Source: an uncultured virus (IMG/VR IMGVR_UViG_3300031758_000014)
Lineage: Duplodnaviria; Heunggongvirae; Uroviricota; Caudoviricetes
DNA length: 62,753 nt
IMG/VR virus record: IMGVR_UViG_3300031758_000014
Direction: 5' to 3' (one strand)
The position numbers and the translations under genes are program-made. The notes beneath the pieces are model-generated. The model ran no database searches, was not told the origin of the DNA, and saw only the letters and a program-made list of their open reading frames with translations. Shown in pieces: positions 62,744 to 62,753 of the stretch; positions within the stretch are counted from its first letter, which is position 1, and every line of letters begins with the position of its first letter.

Positions 62744-62753
62744 TAGTATATTT

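Noticed and set aside
1..62753. Stop-codon reassignment as in some jumbo phages
   Set aside because: Long genes translate intact in code 11, TAG and TGA both terminate genes, and no CTA/TTA/TCA suppressor anticodon was found. The loop near 3595 pairs best as TTC, not TCA.

Overview
AT-rich fragment of a large, T4-superfamily-like jumbo phage. Evidence: UvsW-type helicase, gp5/gp53-like baseplate genes, many HNH/GIY-YIG endonucleases and dense small ORFs. The host is most likely Bacteroidota, based on repeated TTTG-N19/20-TAnnTTTG promoters and Bacteroidota-type serA, fsa/tal and clpP. The left half carries about 42 minus-strand tRNA and tRNA-like genes: five clusters plus a separate initiator tRNA. 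Main finding: each of the five clusters is headed by a promoter, a 24-39 aa leader ORF (MRTI.../MKTF..., too short for the ORF track) and an intrinsic terminator. Each leader is enriched for the amino acids whose tRNAs lie downstream (E/A/G/Y/I; P/Q/D; N/L/V/T/M/I/C; S/R; K/H/F/W/N). Each also contains a 7-10 nt segment complementary to the 5' arm of its terminator. This is the layout of ribosome-mediated transcription attenuation, here apparently controlling phage tRNA operons. Also present: a conserved RNA stem module grafted onto tRNA bodies in three topologies (one circularly permuted and YrlA-like), several non-canonical tRNAs, a shared C-terminal R[DEN]xK[LI]xx[LI]L tag on about 20 unrelated proteins, and a T4 capsid-targeting-like N-terminal motif on putative late proteins. 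The right half holds virion/baseplate genes with cell-wall hydrolase domains and host-derived metabolic and proteostasis genes. All calls were made by eye; no database searches or folding programs were run.
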